DNA of 63,198 nucleotides, from the IMG/VR virus record IMGVR_UViG_3300045929_000106, positions 1 through 63,198 of that record; one strand, given 5' to 3'. The stretch comes from a virus. Taxonomy: Duplodnaviria > Caudoviricetes. A program made the translations under genes and the position numbers. This document shows positions 27,051 through 36,839 of this stretch, in pieces (the stretch's first letter is position 1; every line of letters begins with the position of its first letter). The notes under the pieces were generated by a model. It had not been told where the DNA came from. It ran no database searches and saw nothing but the letters and a program-made list of their open reading frames with translations.

Positions 27051-30000
27051 TTAGATGAATGCGCCGCGCTCGTAATGCGGGCCGCCGAATGGTTTTGTCA
27101 CCATGTACTCTGAGGTCCCCCGGCTCCACTGGGCCACGCGGACCTCGCAATCCTTCTGGAAAAGGCGGAAGGGAACGCAGCTCGTCAGGGAATAACTGAC
27201 CAGCTTGGCCTTCTGCGGGCGCAGGACCTCGTACAGCTTCTGCACGGTGCCCACGGTGGAGGCGAAGACATAACTGTTCACGGTTCCGCTGGTGTCCGTG
27301 ATCCGCAGGGTCACATAGTCGTAGCTCTGCAGGGCGATATAACAGTCGCGGTGGTGATACCAGCCCTGCAGGCCGTGCGAGGTGGTCTGGGTGATCCAGT
27401 TCTTCGCCAGCTCCGGCGCGGGCTCCCAGACCCAGCGGATCTTGAAGTTCTGGTCATAGCGGATGGGGATCGAGGGGATGCAGCGGAGCTGGTGCGCGAT
27501 GAACGGCGTCATAAAGCTGTAGGCCATCTCGCGCTCGCCGTTATGGTTGATCTTCTGGAAGACCTGGGCCACCTGCCCGCCGTCGTACTGGACCGTGAAG
27601 TCGCAGTCCAGGCCGCCGGTGTCAGCCTGGAGCACGAACCCCTGCACGAACTTCGCGCCCTCGTAGCCATCGTCCGTCCAGTCCGTCCAGAGGGCTGCGA
27701 GATCGGGTTTGGGGTAGCCTATCCAGCGGACCTTCCACTCCGGGTACTGCCGCCAGTTGCCCTTGGGGACCAGCTTGATCTCGGTGGAGATGAACGGGGC
27801 CCCGAAGCTGTAGGCCTTCTGGACGCGCCCGTCATGGTTGACCGAGAGGGTGCGGACCACCGCGCCCTCGCTGACCACGTCCACTTCGATGACCTCGCCC
27901 TGCGTGTCCGCTTCAATCGCCACGCCGTGGTAAGCCGTGGGGTCCGAGGGAGTGTAGTCGGGGACCCACATGGTGAATTCCGGCTGCGCCACATAGACCC
28001 AGCCCACCTTGAAGTTCTCCAGGTAGCGGATGTTATTGCCCGAGGGGATCAGCTTCATCAGGTGGATGGTGGGCGGCTCGGCCAGGGGATAAGGCTTCTC
28101 CAGCTCGCCATCGTGGTTCACCGTGAAGGTATGGATCAGGGTCTGGTCGCACCATAGCTCCAGGGTCACGTCCTCGCCTTCCGTGTCCGCTTGCAGGACA
28201 AAGCCCTGGAGATACTTGGGCTGCGGCTTACCGTCATCCGTCCAGTCGCTATGGAACTTTGTCAGCTCCGGCTTCTTTGTCCACTTGGGGATGAACCGGA
28301 ACAGCTCCCAGGTGGAGGGCTCCACCGGCACGCAGCGGAGCTGGTGGGTGATGGCGGGGCTGGTGAAGCTGTAGGGCTTGGTCGACTGGCCGCCGTGGTT
28401 GATCGTCAGGGTGGCGATGACCACGCCGTTGTCGCCCTGGACCTCGATCTGCCGGTTGACCGAGAACGTGTTGGCCTCGATCAGGCAGCCATAGACCCAC
28501 TTGTCCCCGGGCTCGCCGTCATCGGTCCAGTCCGTGGCGCGGGCCTTGCTGATCTCCGGTTTGGGGACGAAGCTCGGCTGGTATTGGTAGAGGTAGCTGA
28601 CGCCGGCGCCGGTCCAGTCTACGTCCAACGCGAAGGTGGGCGAGAGTAGGCCCAGGCCCAGGTTGAAGTCGACCACAAACTGGTCGCGGGCGCTCCCGGC
28701 GAGGGACTCCGCCACCACGGTGTCGATGCTGAAGTCCGTGCGCGCGGCGGTATGTACGGTGTTGCCGCCGGGATTGCAGTCGAGAATGTAGTCGCCCCAG
28801 AGCTTCTGCAGGCGCGGGTCGCCCATGTCTTCCGCCCGCGTGATCAGGCGGCAGAAGATGGCGTTGCCGTTGTCCGTGGTCCCGCCGTAGTTGTACAGTT
28901 GGTTCCCGCAGCCCACCAGCAGGTTGTTGGCGTTATACCACTCGCTCCCGCCGGGGACCTTGAAGCCGCCAATCTCAAAGGCGCGGCTGGTTGGCTTGGT
29001 GTTCACGTAGCCGAGCGCCCCCGCGTCGTCCAGGCCGAATAGGTCGATGCTCACCCAGCCCTTGGCCTGCTTACTGTCGTAGACCAAGGTCGCGTAAGTG
29101 GTCCCGGCGGCTCCGATGGTTGTCTGAGGGAAGTCGTAGAAGAGCAGCCCGTCGAACCACGTCAGCCGGTGGTAGCGCAGCTTGCCGTAGCTGAAATCCG
29201 GTTTACTGATCCATGACTCGTTCACCAGCCAGGGGAAGATCTGCGCGAGCGTGCGCGGGCTGGTGTTGTCATGGATGAAGAACGGGTACATGGCCGCGTC
29301 CGTCAGGCACTCCAGGCCGCTCGCGATAGACCAGTTGTACACGCCGTCCCGGCCCAGCCATGTGACATGCTCGGCCACGCCGGTGGTCTGGGTGGTCAAC
29401 GAGTAGGGGGCCCATATGCCCTTGCCGCCGGGGACCTCCTCCACCTGGAACTGGCCGGGGGCGATTAAGCTTGGGTACACGCGGAACATGCGCTCCGTCG
29501 ACCAGAGCAGGCAGGTGCCGTCCACCATGCAGCCGTTCACCAGGGGCTCGGTGGCGCTCGTGACCGTCAGGCTGTTGACCACGTCCGTCGAATCGGGATC
29601 GTTGCCGTTTGTCCAGTAGAGATCGCCGGGGGCCTCCGCGTTCCCCACGCCGAAAACGAACGCGCCGCCGGTCCCGGTGGAGAACGGGCCCCAGATGTGC
29701 GGCAGCGCCGTGCCGTGCTTCAGCGTGCCTTCCGGCGTCGACCACGGCACCGCGCCGCCCTCCACCGCGCCGCTCGCGTCCTCCGTCAGCTCCAGGACCG
29801 TATCGCTGAGGACCTGGAAGATGGAGAAGTTTCCCTGATTGACGCCGATATAGGAGCCCTGGAACCAGCGGGTGTTGAAGTAGTCGCCCGTGGAGCGGGT
29901 GAGAATATAAGTGCCGGTGCCGGTAGCGGATAAAGTGGCGTTGCCGAAGTGCGCGCGGTCCTGGGTGACAAACGGGGCGTACTGCGTGAACCGGGTGACG

Positions 30001-30959
30001 CCGGTCACCGGGTCCGTCGCGGACGGCGGGGACGGGGAGGTCTGGAGCACCTCGTCCGCATAGGTGTCGTCAAACGTGTCTCCGCTATTGCCGGTGCCCA
30101 CGTACACCCAGCGGTCGATGGTCCCGCCGAGACGGTACACATCGATATAGATGTTGGGGTCCGGTGTCAGCACGTCGTTCTGGGGATCGTAGGGAGCGTT
30201 GGGCAGCGTAAAGCGCGCGGACTGCTCGTCCAGGACGAGGTAGGGGCTGGCCAGGGTGACGCGAGTGGGCGCGGAGGGGTTGCTCCGCGCGCCGGTGAAG
30301 CGGTTGCGGTAGGCGAAGGCCCACTGGTACGCGCCGCTCAGCGGGCCGCCCCCTCCAGCGCCCCCTATAGCCACTGGGACCACTTGGTTGACCGGGATCG
30401 GCAGCCCCATGTAGTTGGCGCGGGCCATGGACGGATAGCCCGCCACGGGCGGAACCAGAGGAGTGTAATCCGGCAGATCGCCCGGGTAGTAGCCAATCGA
30501 CAGCATTTGCGACTGGTCCCCGATGTACTTGAAGGCGAACGGGGTCCCGATAGGCGTCATGTCCACGAACGAGAGAGGGAGCCCGCTCAGCGGCAGCCGC
30601 ACCCAGGTTCCGCCCGATGGATAGTAGGGGAGCTTCACCGGGTTGGGAGTGGCGTGCATCAGATACACGCCGTCCTTGCCCACCCGCAGCTTGGTCCCGA
30701 TGCCCACCACGTACTCGTAGCTGTAATGCTGCGCGCCGTGGCTGTTATTCATGCGGGAGATCGAGTGGATATCCACGTCGCCGTCTATCGCCATGTCGGC
30801 AAACAGGCTCAGGCCGGGGCGGGAGGTGATCTCGCCCTGTTGCGACATGCGGACGTTGCGCATCAGGACGCCCTGCTCGTCGGGGACTGCGTCCGCTGGC
30901 CGGTTCCAGTTCATGCCCCTGGTGGGGAACTTTACCGTCTTGCGCTCAAAGGCTGCCAT
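27051..30959 (-). CDS. Tail nozzle/stabilisation-type protein with C-terminal tandem repeats
   Basis: 1302 aa; N-terminal RGMN...NV...GEITSRPG typical of P22 gp10/T7 gp12-like proteins; four ~90-aa repeats. Confidence 0.65.
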   Translation of the reverse strand: MAAFERKTVKFPTRGMNWNRPADAVPDEQGVLMRNVRMSQQGEITSRPGLSLFADMAIDGDVDIHSISRMNNSHGAQHYSYEYVVGIGTKLRVGKDGVYLMHATPNPVKLPYYPSGGTWVRLPLSGLPLSFVDMTPIGTPFAFKYIGDQSQMLSIGYYPGDLPDYTPLVPPVAGYPSMARANYMGLPIPVNQVVPVAIGGAGGGGPLSGAYQWAFAYRNRFTGARSNPSAPTRVTLASPYLVLDEQSARFTLPNAPYDPQNDVLTPDPNIYIDVYRLGGTIDRWVYVGTGNSGDTFDDTYADEVLQTSPSPPSATDPVTGVTRFTQYAPFVTQDRAHFGNATLSATGTGTYILTRSTGDYFNTRWFQGSYIGVNQGNFSIFQVLSDTVLELTEDASGAVEGGAVPWSTPEGTLKHGTALPHIWGPFSTGTGGAFVFGVGNAEAPGDLYWTNGNDPDSTDVVNSLTVTSATEPLVNGCMVDGTCLLWSTERMFRVYPSLIAPGQFQVEEVPGGKGIWAPYSLTTQTTGVAEHVTWLGRDGVYNWSIASGLECLTDAAMYPFFIHDNTSPRTLAQIFPWLVNESWISKPDFSYGKLRYHRLTWFDGLLFYDFPQTTIGAAGTTYATLVYDSKQAKGWVSIDLFGLDDAGALGYVNTKPTSRAFEIGGFKVPGGSEWYNANNLLVGCGNQLYNYGGTTDNGNAIFCRLITRAEDMGDPRLQKLWGDYILDCNPGGNTVHTAARTDFSIDTVVAESLAGSARDQFVVDFNLGLGLLSPTFALDVDWTGAGVSYLYQYQPSFVPKPEISKARATDWTDDGEPGDKWVYGCLIEANTFSVNRQIEVQGDNGVVIATLTINHGGQSTKPYSFTSPAITHQLRCVPVEPSTWELFRFIPKWTKKPELTKFHSDWTDDGKPQPKYLQGFVLQADTEGEDVTLELWCDQTLIHTFTVNHDGELEKPYPLAEPPTIHLMKLIPSGNNIRYLENFKVGWVYVAQPEFTMWVPDYTPSDPTAYHGVAIEADTQGEVIEVDVVSEGAVVRTLSVNHDGRVQKAYSFGAPFISTEIKLVPKGNWRQYPEWKVRWIGYPKPDLAALWTDWTDDGYEGAKFVQGFVLQADTGGLDCDFTVQYDGGQVAQVFQKINHNGEREMAYSFMTPFIAHQLRCIPSIPIRYDQNFKIRWVWEPAPELAKNWITQTTSHGLQGWYHHRDCYIALQSYDYVTLRITDTSGTVNSYVFASTVGTVQKLYEVLRPQKAKLVSYSLTSCVPFRLFQKDCEVRVAQWSRGTSEYMVTKPFGGPHYERGAFI

Positions 30960-30961
30960 GT

Positions 30962-31076
30962 TATGCCACCGCTATACCACCGGAATCCCACCGGAATACC
31001 CACCCCCGGGAATACCACCGGAATACCACCGGAATACCACCGCTATGCCACCGGAATACCACCGGAATACCGCCAT
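30962..31076. repeat. 11-bp tandem repeat (AATACCACCGG), about 10 units
   Basis: Units at 30962, 30973, 30984, 30995 (16-bp variant), 31011, 31022, 31033, 31044, 31055, 31066. Confidence 0.9.
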
Positions 31077-32371
31077 CACGCCACCTGCTGGTCCGTCAGG
31101 TCCGCGCGCTGGAAGAGGCTCGTCAGGTAGCGGACCTTCGTCTCCAGCCGCTTGTTGCGCCGCGCCGCTCCCGCCAGGAAGTTGTCGTAGAGCGGCATGG
31201 TCGAGATGAATTCCGCGCCGCCCATCTTCCAGCTCAGGATGTGACGGCAGTAATCGTAGAGGTAGGGCAGCTCCTCGCGGCCCGCCTGGACGTAATCGCC
31301 CGCGCCGGTGGTGAGCGGGGCCGCCTGCACGAGATCCAGGCTGATGGTATACGCGCCCCGGGGGACGCGGTAGAGGGCCAGGAGATCGTAGGCGGCGGCG
31401 GCCTGCGAGGGAACGCCGAGGGAAGTCGCCCAGAACGGCTTGGCGCAATCCATCTCCGCGATGGTGGCGAGCGGAACCGGCGAGCCGTTGACGCGCACGC
31501 GGAGCATCGAGTGCGCCATGGCGGCGATGTCCAGGGCGTTCTGGTAGCGCTCCTGGCAGTACTTGGCGCGCAGCGGATCGTAGCCGGGGTTGTGCGTCGA
31601 GAGCAGATCGTAGAGCGCGCCCCACTTCAGCGCCCAGGCCCACTCGTCGGGAATGGCGAAGCTCACGGCGTCGTTGGGGATCAGCTCCAGCGTCTGCGCG
31701 TAGATCAGGTGGATCGTCCCGGCGCCGCTCGGCGGCGGAACCAGGGTGAGACTCCCGGGCATCGACTCCGCCTGCGAATAGCCGTAGGGCTTGCCGGGGT
31801 TCAAGCTCCACAGGGGGGAGTAGGCCTGCGCGGCGTAGAAGTCCGTGCGGCTGAGCGACCAGGAGGTGACGGTGTCCGTGTCCGTCCACGCCGCCCGGTC
31901 GATCACCGCCACGTCTTGCGGCAGGGGCACGGAGTTGGCGGGCGGGGCCGGTGGCGTCAGGGTGGTGGTGGTCAGCGGCAGGTGCGCGTCGATCACAAAC
32001 TGGTTACGGCGGCGCACGAGGGCTGCGGTGATCTGGTTGATCGAGAACTGCGGCGTCATGCCGGTCCCGGCGGTTCCGGCGGCGGCAGGCTCCAGCAGGT
32101 GGTGTTGGATCTCGGTGACGAGGTTCCCGAAGGCGTAGTCGCGGCGGCGCAGGGTGGGCAGTTCTTGGGAGAGATCGTAGAGGGCGGTGTTGGCTACGGT
32201 GGAGAAACTGGCGGAGGTTGTCCAGTAACTGCAGAGGGCCCCCCATGCGAGAAGAGACTCGTGGAGGGCCCTGCGCAGCTCGTCGGAAGTCCAGAAGACG
32301 AGATCGGGGTCGCCCAGGCTGGCCGCCAATTCAGCGATGAACTGAGACTCCGTAACCTGGGTGTAAGCCAC
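31076..32371 (-). CDS. Head-tail adaptor-type virion protein
   Basis: FWTSDELRRALHES...YDL, LVPPP...IPDEWAWALKWGAL adaptor-like motifs. Confidence 0.6.
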   Translation of the reverse strand: MAYTQVTESQFIAELAASLGDPDLVFWTSDELRRALHESLLAWGALCSYWTTSASFSTVANTALYDLSQELPTLRRRDYAFGNLVTEIQHHLLEPAAAGTAGTGMTPQFSINQITAALVRRRNQFVIDAHLPLTTTTLTPPAPPANSVPLPQDVAVIDRAAWTDTDTVTSWSLSRTDFYAAQAYSPLWSLNPGKPYGYSQAESMPGSLTLVPPPSGAGTIHLIYAQTLELIPNDAVSFAIPDEWAWALKWGALYDLLSTHNPGYDPLRAKYCQERYQNALDIAAMAHSMLRVRVNGSPVPLATIAEMDCAKPFWATSLGVPSQAAAAYDLLALYRVPRGAYTISLDLVQAAPLTTGAGDYVQAGREELPYLYDYCRHILSWKMGGAEFISTMPLYDNFLAGAARRNKRLETKVRYLTSLFQRADLTDQQVA

Positions 32372-32380
32372 TGCATCTCC

Positions 32381-32608
32381 CTAGTACTTGCCTTTGTTGC
32401 TTCCTTTAATGGTGATCTGGGTGTCCCAGTTTCCTTCCGCGCCGGGGCCCTCGATGGAAGCCCCGCCGCTCTTGCTGATGTTGCCGGTGGCCTTCTTGTA
32501 GCTGTGAACCGGGGCGTCCCCGCCGTTGTCCACGTTCTCGCTGCTCATCGGGGTCTTGATCTGTCCCTGCGTCGATCCTTCTTTTCCAGGTCCCTTTGTG
32601 TCGGGCAT
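32381..32608 (-). CDS. Small hypothetical virion-module protein
   Basis: AAGGA RBS; low-complexity ORF. Confidence 0.55.
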   Translation of the reverse strand: MPDTKGPGKEGSTQGQIKTPMSSENVDNGGDAPVHSYKKATGNISKSGGASIEGPGAEGNWDTQITIKGSNKGKY

Positions 32609-32617
32609 AAGTCATCC

Positions 32618-33862
32618 TTAATATGGGTAAACTGCGTGCGTCTGGAGCCAGCTCCCGTCGCACCATGGACCGGCGTAGGGCAGGGACTGGCTCTGATAAA
32701 TCAGGTCCTTCATCGCGGTTTCATCGTCCTTCTTCTCCAGCTCGTAAATCATCTTCTCAGCGGTCAGACGATGGATGTTCGACACTTGCGGGTCGCGGTA
32801 GGGGTTGGGCTGGTTGGCCGTCCCCGGCCAGAGGGAGAGGTTGGTCAGAGACATCTCCACCAGCACGTCGCCGCGCCGCTGAACGAACGGGGGCAGGACC
32901 GGATCGTCATCCGTCAGGGACGGGAGCTTCTTGTAGTAGAGGTAGGTGTAGACCCCGTTGTCCGCTACCGGGCGCGGCCACAGCTCGTAGCGCGGGACGC
33001 TGGAGGTCCGGTCTGCCTTGCACGGGAAGACGAAGATGTCTCCCTCCACATAATCGCCTACAGGGAAGTGGACTTCGACCCCGCACGAGAGGCTGACAGG
33101 GCTTTGGCTCGTGAGGACTCCGGCCCCTTCAGTAATCCCTTCCTCTTGGCTCCAGCGGAAAACCGCCGCCCCGGAAGGTCCACCCGTTGTGATCTCGACA
33201 GCATATATCGTGTCTTGCGGGTAGGTGTACCCGTCACTTGTTCCGGCACCGGGCGCGGGTCCGCTACCGTGGACCTGTAGGACACTTCCGACTTGCCCTT
33301 GGACGTTTCTGGTGTAGTCATAAAAAGCCAGCGCGTAACTGCTCCCGGATTGGGAGCGCTGCGGGTCCATGGCGTCCAACTCCGCCTGCATGGCGTTGTG
33401 GTTCAGGCGGTAGTTGCGCGCCGGGTCAACGACACTGTAGAACTCCTGAAAGTCCTCCGGCATCGCAAAGTAACACTGGAACAGGCTGTAGCTCTGGCCG
33501 GTCAGATCGGGGCCGGTCCACGGGCGGTCCATCGTCAGGGAGGTCGAGCTGTCGACCCGCTCCACGGTATAGGCAGGGTAGGAGCCGCCTGCAATAGCCC
33601 CTACCCTCACCTGCTTGCCCACCAGCTCCGGCGCGAAGCTGGTGGCGGAGCCGGTGACCACCGCCGTGCCAGAGGTCACCGAGATGGTTCCGGGGCTGGC
33701 GTAGCTGGACGGGTGAAACGCGCCAACCCCGGTCAGCCAAGACCAAGTGCGGCGCTCCGCCAACTGGTTGAAGGCGTCCCGCACGAGGTCCTGGCAGAGA
33801 TCGGGCCCCGCCGCCGGTACGCGGAGCTGAACCCTGCTCCAGACTGTGGTGAAGGTGTCCAC
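32618..33862 (-). CDS. Head-tail adaptor-type protein with inserted beta domains
   Basis: DLVRDAFNQLAERRTWSWL, MPEDF, ELWPRP...Y.Y....L..DDP motifs. Confidence 0.6.
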   Translation of the reverse strand: MDTFTTVWSRVQLRVPAAGPDLCQDLVRDAFNQLAERRTWSWLTGVGAFHPSSYASPGTISVTSGTAVVTGSATSFAPELVGKQVRVGAIAGGSYPAYTVERVDSSTSLTMDRPWTGPDLTGQSYSLFQCYFAMPEDFQEFYSVVDPARNYRLNHNAMQAELDAMDPQRSQSGSSYALAFYDYTRNVQGQVGSVLQVHGSGPAPGAGTSDGYTYPQDTIYAVEITTGGPSGAAVFRWSQEEGITEGAGVLTSQSPVSLSCGVEVHFPVGDYVEGDIFVFPCKADRTSSVPRYELWPRPVADNGVYTYLYYKKLPSLTDDDPVLPPFVQRRGDVLVEMSLTNLSLWPGTANQPNPYRDPQVSNIHRLTAEKMIYELEKKDDETAMKDLIYQSQSLPYAGPWCDGSWLQTHAVYPY

Positions 33863-33906
33863 TTAGTGAGTCCCAAACCAGACTGTGGTGAAGGTGTCCA
33901 CTTAGT
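33839..33906. repeat. 29-bp perfect direct repeat duplicating the gene start
   Basis: CCAGACTGTGGTGAAGGTGTCCACTTAGT at 33839-33867 and 33878-33906. Confidence 0.9.
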
Positions 33907-33971
33907 TACTCAAGGGGTAGCCCCCTAGCCGCGCATGGCGCAGCAGGCTTCCGCTTTTCGGGGGCATAAAC

Positions 33972-34217
33972 TCAGGTCCCGATGACCTCCAGATCGGTGG
34001 TGGACATGGTGCCGGTCAGCGTGATGACGCTGGTGCCGGGGACGGACCCGGCGGCCACGGAATAGGCGGTGAGCGCCGTGCCCTCGCCCACCACCATATG
34101 GACGTTGGCCAGCCCCACGGTGAGCGTGCTGCCGGTGGCCCCGGTGACGTTGTACAGCTTCTGCTTCACCGAGCCGATGACGTTGTGCTTGACGCTGTTG
34201 ACGGTAACCTCTGCCAT
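33972..34217 (-). CDS. Small virion protein
   Basis: 81 aa, V/T/G-rich, AAGGAGG RBS. Confidence 0.6.
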   Translation of the reverse strand: MAEVTVNSVKHNVIGSVKQKLYNVTGATGSTLTVGLANVHMVVGEGTALTAYSVAAGSVPGTSVITLTGTMSTTDLEVIGT

Positions 34218-34226
34218 GGGTCCTCC

Positions 34227-34934
34227 TTATAGACCGGCGGGGATGTCCAGGGTGGCCTTGCAGAAGCCGTCTTCAGCTTCCTCAGTCACGATGCCGAGAG
34301 GGACCGCCGGGATCGTCTTGCTGGTCCCGAGGTCCACTCCTTGAGCGTCCGAGTTGGGCCCGTCAGCCGCCACCAGGACTTGGCCGGGAGTGGCCGCCGC
34401 GCACTTCACCGGGACGCTCTTGCCCTTCTGCAAGATCCAGATGAAGTTGCCGGGAACCGCAGCCGAGCGGAAGACTCCGGCCACGTTGGAGCGGAAGGTC
34501 CCCGCCACGTCGCTCAGGTTGCCGAGCGAGGCGTCGTTGGTGACCACGTAGTTGGCCGCGTCCTTCCAGTAGGCGAGCTGTCCCGCTTCGATGGGGACGG
34601 GCTCGGCCTGCGGCTTGGGCGCGGGCGCTTTTGCCTTGTGAGGATCGAGCGGCGGCTTCTCCGGCGGCTTCTCCCCCGGCTTGGCGGGAGGCTTCTCCTT
34701 CTCGCCCTTTTCCGCCGCTTCCTTTTCCGCAGCCTTCTTCTCGTCTGCGGCCTTCTTCTCGGCGGCCTTCTTCGCCACAGCCTCCGCCGCCGCATCGTGC
34801 ACGCGCACCTTCTGGTAGACGCGCCCCGCCCAGTTGATCACGCCGCCGAGTTCGCCGGGAGCATACGGCGTCTCTTCCTGCGAGGTGTCGGGGTTGCCGC
34901 TGCCGATATAGGGACTCACGATTAGTTGAGCCAT
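34227..34934 (-). CDS. Capsid decoration/cement-like protein with a K/E/P-rich insert
   Basis: Directly after the MCP; AGGAGG RBS; PGELG...YQKVR and VAGVF...GNFIWILQKG motifs. Confidence 0.6.
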   Translation of the reverse strand: MAQLIVSPYIGSGNPDTSQEETPYAPGELGGVINWAGRVYQKVRVHDAAAEAVAKKAAEKKAADEKKAAEKEAAEKGEKEKPPAKPGEKPPEKPPLDPHKAKAPAPKPQAEPVPIEAGQLAYWKDAANYVVTNDASLGNLSDVAGTFRSNVAGVFRSAAVPGNFIWILQKGKSVPVKCAAATPGQVLVAADGPNSDAQGVDLGTSKTIPAVPLGIVTEEAEDGFCKATLDIPAGL

Positions 34935-34961
34935 AAGTTTCCTCCTGTTCGATCCCTGCAA

Positions 34962-36065
34962 CTACGAGGCAAACCCGTAGATCTGCTTGTGATACCTGGG
35001 GTGCACGGTGAGGTTGTGCGCGAGCAGGACCTGCCCCACCAGGATGGTGTTGTTGGCCGCCGGGATGAAGTCGCGGAAGCCGCCGCCAAAGGTGGCGTCG
35101 TTGGAGACGTAGTAGTTGAGGAACGGCTTGCGCGCGTTCAAGATCCAGAGCGTCTCGCGGGTGGTCGACAGGTTACCCGCCGGGTAGGCCGTCACAGCGC
35201 CCGAGGAGGTTTCCGTCAGGTAGGTCACGGCCACCGGGTCAGCCGCGCCCGCCGAGCCGGTCAGGTACTGGCCGGGGCAGTAGCGGCTTGCGACCATCGT
35301 AGCCCCGTTGAATGCCAGTCCCCGAAAGCCCACGCCCACTTCCAGCTTCGCATCCTGGAACCTCTGCTGGGTCTGGAACTTCGACTTGACGTAGCTGAAC
35401 CCCTTGGGAGTGGTGACCATGATGTTGGGCTCGTAGTTGCCGGAGCCGTAGAAGGCGTCCATGTAGCCCGAGTCGATGGTGTCGTACTCCAGGGAGCCGC
35501 CGTTGACGTTGACCGGCACAGAGGACAGGGAAGGCGTGAATGTGGCGCGGGTCAGGGTGCCGTAGGTGGCGTAGGCGGTCCCGTCCCAGGACTGCGCCGA
35601 GCCGTCGTTGATGGCCTCCGCGAGGCCGTTCACGTTGGCCGTGTAGTTGGTGGCGCTCCCGTTCAGGTAGGTGCCGATGGAGACAAACGCGCCCAGGGAC
35701 ATGTAGCCCTGGTCGATGCGCGCCTTCAGCAGCTTGATCGCCGCCAAATCCCCTTTGTTGAGGACTTGGATGTCCTCCTGGTAGAGGGGCACGCTGACCT
35801 GGGTGTACTTCACGTCCATGCGGAGCTGCTGCTCGGTCTGGCGCTGCGTGGTGGTGAAGGTTTTCCCCTTAGCGTAGCCGCCGCCAATCAGCGAGGCGTA
35901 AAGGAAGTCCTCGTTGATGGTGGAGCCGCCGGTGAAGTCCTCGCGCAGGTTCTGGCGGAGGTAATAGTTGAGAGGGTCTTGGTTATAGATGTTGTCGACC
36001 AAGCCGGGGTTGGTGCGGATATACCGCCTAGTCGTTACATTAATCGCATCGAGAGAATCAGGCAT
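34962..36065 (-). CDS. Major capsid protein
   Basis: 367 aa; LVDNIYNQDPL, PNIMVTT, QQRF, GFRGLAFNGATMVASRYCP; follows the scaffold gene. Confidence 0.8.
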   Translation of the reverse strand: MPDSLDAINVTTRRYIRTNPGLVDNIYNQDPLNYYLRQNLREDFTGGSTINEDFLYASLIGGGYAKGKTFTTTQRQTEQQLRMDVKYTQVSVPLYQEDIQVLNKGDLAAIKLLKARIDQGYMSLGAFVSIGTYLNGSATNYTANVNGLAEAINDGSAQSWDGTAYATYGTLTRATFTPSLSSVPVNVNGGSLEYDTIDSGYMDAFYGSGNYEPNIMVTTPKGFSYVKSKFQTQQRFQDAKLEVGVGFRGLAFNGATMVASRYCPGQYLTGSAGAADPVAVTYLTETSSGAVTAYPAGNLSTTRETLWILNARKPFLNYYVSNDATFGGGFRDFIPAANNTILVGQVLLAHNLTVHPRYHKQIYGFAS

Positions 36066-36104
36066 CTCTATCCTCTATTCCGCCCCCGGCCTAGCAAGGG
36101 GGCT

Positions 36105-36839
36105 TCACGATTTGGCGGGCGTGGAGCGCCAAGCATTCAGCAGCTCGGCGTCCATGTCCTTGGGGGCGTCTTTCGGGTCCGCCTTGCGGAAGAGGTGCGA
36201 CTGCTCCGGCGGGGCAGTCTCCACCGGCAGCTTGTAGCGGGAGCGGAGGTCGCGCTCGATCTCGTCCCGCTGGTCCTTCTTCCACTGTTCGTTGGCCTTC
36301 TTTTCCTCTTCCTGCACGCGGGGCCCGATGTACTCCTTGTAGGCCGCGCGCAGAGGAATCCGCTGCTCGTTGGCGATGCGGTCTATCGCCTCCAGGTCCG
36401 GTTTCTCCTTGAAGCGGGCGACGTGCTCGGCGGTGATTTCGGCGGTGTCCTTGATGACACCGGCGTAGCGCCGCCCCATGTCCATCTGGAGCGCCATCAG
36501 ATCGTCCTTCGACACGTACTTGCTCGCGTCGAAGGCGGGCTGTTGGGCTCCGTTCCCGTTCTGGTGCTGCTGGCGGTAGTCCTGCAGCTCCTGCATGGCG
36601 GCGTTGTACTCCTGCGCCATGCGGTCGTATTCGGCCTGCGCCTTGGGATACCAGTCCTGGTATTGCTTCACGCGCCCGAGCTGGGCTTGGTAGTCCTCCG
36701 TCGCCGTTTTGACAAGGGAGTTCAGCTTGGGGCCCAGTTTCTCGTGGCCGTAGATCTTGGTCAGCGCGGCGGTGACTGCCTCGTCGGAGTAACCGGCTTC
36801 GGCCAGCGCCTGCGTCATGAGTTCCTGAAAAGTCTGCAT
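36105..36839 (-). CDS. Capsid scaffolding protein
   Basis: Charged helical/coiled-coil protein immediately upstream of the MCP. Confidence 0.65.
   Translation of the reverse strand: MQTFQELMTQALAEAGYSDEAVTAALTKIYGHEKLGPKLNSLVKTATEDYQAQLGRVKQYQDWYPKAQAEYDRMAQEYNAAMQELQDYRQQHQNGNGAQQPAFDASKYVSKDDLMALQMDMGRRYAGVIKDTAEITAEHVARFKEKPDLEAIDRIANEQRIPLRAAYKEYIGPRVQEEEKKANEQWKKDQRDEIERDLRSRYKLPVETAPPEQSHLFRKADPKDAPKDMDAELLNAWRSTPAKS

Noticed and set aside
34227-36065. Amber read-through fusing the MCP to the in-frame downstream gene
   Set aside because: The frames are continuous, but the downstream gene has its own AGGAGG and ATG, and in-frame adjacency is common by chance
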